Shown here: one piece after another, positions 59,681-64,000 of the stretch | Layout: every line of letters starts with the position of its first letter | How positions within the stretch are numbered: the stretch's first letter is position 1 | Source of the DNA: Takakia lepidozioides | Taxonomy: Eukaryota; Plantae; Bryophyta | Length of the DNA stretch: 64,000 nt | Direction of reading: 5' to 3' | Assembly: GCA_030704615.1 (NCBI GenBank) | Contig: CM060734.1 | Coordinates: forward strand, 50,034,001 to 50,098,000 | Notes under the pieces: model-generated | The model's database searches: none | Seen by the model: the letters and a program-made list of their open reading frames with translations, nothing else | What the model was told of the DNA's origin: nothing | Position numbers and translations under genes: made by a program

Positions 59681-62600
59681 GTGGAGAGCGTGTGTTTTAC
59701 CTGGAGGGCAAAACTGCTTGAGATACAAAATGAGTATAGACGTTTTCATGTTCTTGAGAAATTTTCTGAGCACTTTGAAACTTAACCAACACTGCTTCGA
59801 AGTCCTTAGCAAGCTTTATTAGCCTGCACATAATACACTAGAACCCCATAATCAATGGCACACACATATTTAGTGGTAATGTAGTGAGGGCCAAACATGT
59901 TTAGTGGTTGATCATCTGAACCATTGGTCTGGAGTTAGTCAAACTACGTCTCCAGCTCATCAGAGGAGGCTCAAGAGTATGGGTCAGTCATCTCTCCTAG
60001 TGAATCCTGCATAGCACATTGCAACTTTGTCCTAGAAGAAGTACATGAAGCAAATCTGAGCTTCTTTCAGACGAAGAAGTGGCATATACATTGGATTGGG
60101 TGTTGTGCAGAAGTTGCAAATTACTGGTTCTTTCCTTTGAACAGTAATCGTACATAATTTACTACACCCCGTCATCTTATACCCTCCCGACTGTCACTAG
60201 GAATGTATTAGGATGCAGTTTTTTACACATGTAAAGCCTGTAAATCTCAATATGTCAATGATCAAAGGAGATGATAATGTTCTTTCAATAGTGAGCAACA
60301 TCTAGTAAATTTTGACAGCCGTCCTCATATTTCACCTAGTCAGTTACACCAAGTTTTCGATATTGTAAGTTCGTTCCTGACATTCATTCCCATTTTTTTT
60401 GCAATCAACCTATCAAAATTACGAATGTGATTCAATGATTTGTATGCATGCCTCATCTCGATCATTATCTTCACTTCACTTCATTTTACTTTGGCATGAA
60501 GTGCAAAGTATCCCATATATGTTTGTGTTTTTTTTTCTTTGACCTTAAGACCATAGTAGAACCTGATTATACATGTCAACTAGTGAATCTGAAAACCTGC
60601 ATACCAGCATGAGAAAGAGCCCAAATTATGAATCGGGTCAAAGCACATTAATAGGACCCAAAAAGAATGTCACAAACTGTTTTTTAGCACATATGATCCA
60701 AATTTAGGATATCGAGTTCAGTATGAAACCATAGAGACATTATATCATTGGAAAACCCTTGAAGTTATTGTCATGCCCATATAAAGTTTTTTGTGATTTG
60801 ACAAGTTTAAGGGGTCCTAAAGGAGTCTTGAATAGCACCAGGTTCAAATGTCCCAAAATGTTGTAGTCCTTTAGGACTCATTTTCACACCCATAACATGT
60901 GAAGGTCCTATCAGGGATTTTCATGTGCTTATGTAAGGTATGGAAGAATGCAAAAGGACAGTAGACCTGCAAAACTAGAAAAGCCCATTATCATAGGAAT
61001 TTTCTACTACGCGGTATGCATAACTTAGGGGCACCAAATTTTGGTACTACTAAACCTCAAAATTTGAACATAGTTCTTTCACCAAAAGTGTTTAGCTACT
61101 GAAAAGGAAGAAGGTCATGTCCTTGAAATGGCTACAAGGTCCTCCAATTTTGAATTTGAGGCCAAAATGAGTTCTTACAAATAGTGTATCATTCATTGCA
61201 AATTATTTTAAAATTAAAAATATATCGAATAAACTCCTAAAAATTATACAAGCATCTGCAGCACTGAAGTAGGCATCAAAGACACTAAACCCGGCTTGGA
61301 TGCGATGAGGGGAAAACAAATGGTGGCAAACGGAAGTCGAGTTAGTATCGTAAACTCAAAATTAGTGGTGTACGAGCAAAATTGGAGGTGTACAAGAGGG
61401 TGTACGAGCATCCAATGGATGGGGTTGAGGTGCCCACTATCATCTGTCAATTTTATCATGTTTTCATCGCAACATGTCATGTCCACGCGCCGCGGTGTAA
61501 CGCATCAGCAGTCAAAATTTAGTCTTTTTCAAGAGTGTCAGTGGTACACATTAGCATGCTTTCACCCAATCATATTGAATCTGCGCACATATATGTTGAC
61601 ATGAAATTTCTTTTGGTGTTTTTCCAGCTTCTTGGCAAGCAATCTCCACAGATACGTTATATTTCATAACAATCAACTCCATGGCATGAAAGGGAGCCAT
61701 TATCAACCGTATCCTTCAATCAATCTAACTTAGGTACATCTATGAAAGAGCATATATATTTTAACATGAAAAACCATCACAGTACACAATGCTTCAAGAA
61801 GAATTCATCCACCAATTGTGGTTTTCTAAAATCAATCAAGTCTCAATACAAGGAGAAAGGTAGCACCAATTGCCTCTAGCTGGGATCGTCACAACCTCAA
61901 TCCAGACTCCTCACTGTCATAATTCCTCTGCAGAGTGCAAGCATTTACTCAGAAGTTGTGGACCAAATCATTTATCAAAGAAGTATTAGATCATACCAAC
62001 TCGGGATCTCAACTCCGGTTGGGCTGGATCTCTAACATGCAGACGACCCTCGTTGTCTTACAATAGACAACGAGTTATAATCCATAAAACTAAAAAAATC
62101 CAAGGTGGTCATTACTTCCACACTTGGAGCGTGCTGTCAAGTTATTTTACCACTAGTGTGAAGTTAGCTAGGAAATAGCTAGTTTTTATATATTGACATT
62201 TGGGATTGATCCAAGTGTCAATCCAGGGGCCAATACATGTTTGGGCATCTGGCGTTGTTATCTTCACGACAGATCGCGGTGGGCTCATCTTTCTCGAGTT
62301 GAGCCTCACCGCGCCTAGCTATGGCGCTGTAGTGTGGATTCCCCATGGCGTGGGGTGCACTTGGCTTGACTTGTATTTGAGTGATGAGTTTATATATGCA
62401 TGAGTTTATGCTTCAGCTTTGTGAGCTCGCATGAGCTTGTGCTTGTATTCTTCTTCTTTATCACTCGAGAAAGATCAGCTCGTATCTGTGAGTGCCAGAT
62501 ACGAGTTAGTTGTAGCACTTGTGGTTTTTGCTTGAGAATGAGAGAAACCAGGTTATTATGCAAGGAGCATCATGGAGCTCTTGGTTGCTAGAAGCGGAGG

Positions 62601-63089
62601 CGATGTGGGTTACGAGGTGGTAGACCTTGGCATTCGATCTTCAGCTTCAGAGATGAAAGCACCATGCTGCAGGTAATTCCAGAGCACCTTGATGGTTTCA
62701 GATTGTGTACATGCATGAGCAAGCACGATTGGGAAGAGGACCAGTCAAGAGCAGGTTATAGTGGCTTTGGTGGCAAATCTGAGAACTAGCCTTGGGAATG
62801 CGAGCTTTTCATTGTGGGAAAGATTGCAAGACCAAGCGAAAGGGCTGATTTGGCTTGGGGCAAATCAGTGCATTTTGTGGAGTATGTTGAGATTGGGTTT
62901 CAATCTCGAGCTTCAGCATTGAGAGGGCTCTTGTCATGGCAAGAGCAGGGCTGGAACAGGAGCTAAGAGGTACGGCAAAACAATGGAATGTGCACCTAGG
63001 GTTTCAGAGCTTGGAAGAAGAGCTCTTGCACCACAAGAGAAGTGTCTTGTGGCTGGAAATGTAAGCCTTAGGGTTTCAGGAGCTTGGCA

Positions 63090-63510
63090 AAGGCTGTGGA
63101 GTGCTTAGTCTTGTCTTAGAGAGCATCAATAAGCCAAGGAGCCAAGATAGGGGCTGATACCTCTTGTGTGAAGAGGTTGCATGTGTGGAGCATGTATTCA
63201 GCTCATTGAAGCTTCCATCTTCAAGCTTGGAGGGCAAGCAAGGAAGAGGGAAGGGCTGACTTCCCTTATGTGAGGGCAATGCATGTATGAAGCATGTTTT
63301 CAGCCTGTTGAAGGCTTGTACTTTCAGGTTTGGGAGTGCAAGAAAGGAAGCAAAGGGGCTGATTCTCTTGTGGTGAGAGTGGGGCATGTGTGGAGCATGC
63401 CTTCAGTCCATTGGGCTTTTGTTTTCAAGCTTTAGAGAACTAGAAGAGAAGGTAAGGGGCTGATCTGCTCTTATGTGATAGTCCGACACTTGTAGAGCAT
63501 GTTCTTAGTT
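63090..63510. repeat. Diverged about 103-bp tandem repeat (about 4 units), probably within an LTR-retrotransposon non-coding region
   Basis: GCATGTGTGGAGCATG..TTCAG..TTCAAGCTT..GGGGCTGA..CTCTT.TGTG units at about 63179, 63281, 63384 and 63487. The element class is an inference. Confidence 0.65.
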
Positions 63511-64000
63511 GGGGTTTCAACCTCTATCCTAGATAGAGCATGGCTCTTGAAGTGGCAGATGTAGGGGGCTGGAATAGGCTCTAAAACAAATGCTATGGCC
63601 AAGGAAAACGCTTGAATGAGTGCTCACAAGGGCTGGAAACCAGCAAGGCTTGGTTGTTTGTCATTGAGTTTAATGGCGTGTTTGGGGAGTCTAAGTGAGA
63701 AAGAAGGCTTGGTTTGTGGCAACCATCTTCCTCATGGCTTAGGGCTACTATTGGTGGTGTGTGGGAGCCGAAAGAGCAAGAATACCTTGCTGATTTCTTC
63801 ACAGCCGCCATAGCTCGGTGTAAAGAAGCCTAGAGTCCAAGAGACACAAACCCTAGCTTGGCGTGGCTAAACCCCTTGGAGAAATGGCTAAACTGCCATG
63901 AGTGGCCATGGATGGGGCTGTGAGGGGCTGTGAGGGGTTGTGACAGGCTGTGCCATGTGCCCTGTGACCCCTCTGACCTGTGACAGGCTGTGATGGGCTG

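Overview
Eukaryotic plant nuclear DNA, most likely from a moss. That assignment is an inference from a miR537-type hairpin and bryophyte-like proteins and transposons. There are three intact spliced genes. (1) LPAT2-type lysophosphatidic acid acyltransferase (+, 546-5460, 12 exons, 383 aa, one GC-AG intron). (2) MA3-domain/PDCD4-like translation regulator of the MRF family (-, 27101-22085, 5 exons, 715 aa). (3) Lzipper-MIP1 + DUF547 protein (+, 50666-56631, 13 exons, 716 aa) with an ABRE-rich promoter. A spliced non-coding transcript on the - strand (about 10170-6960) carries a pre-miR537-like hairpin, a second miRNA-like hairpin and a 37-codon miPEP-like ORF that stops inside the star arm. 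The rest is a nest of transposon relics: a decayed piggyBac transposase, hAT relics and MITEs, a Tourist MITE, a 4-bp-TSD DNA element, an L1 relic with tandem 5' monomers, a CACTA end and a LINE. That LINE and a 53-bp tandem array are both broken by a reconstructable 3.2-kb inversion (34377-37599). Exon boundaries were read by eye. Family assignments rest on recalled motifs, not database searches.
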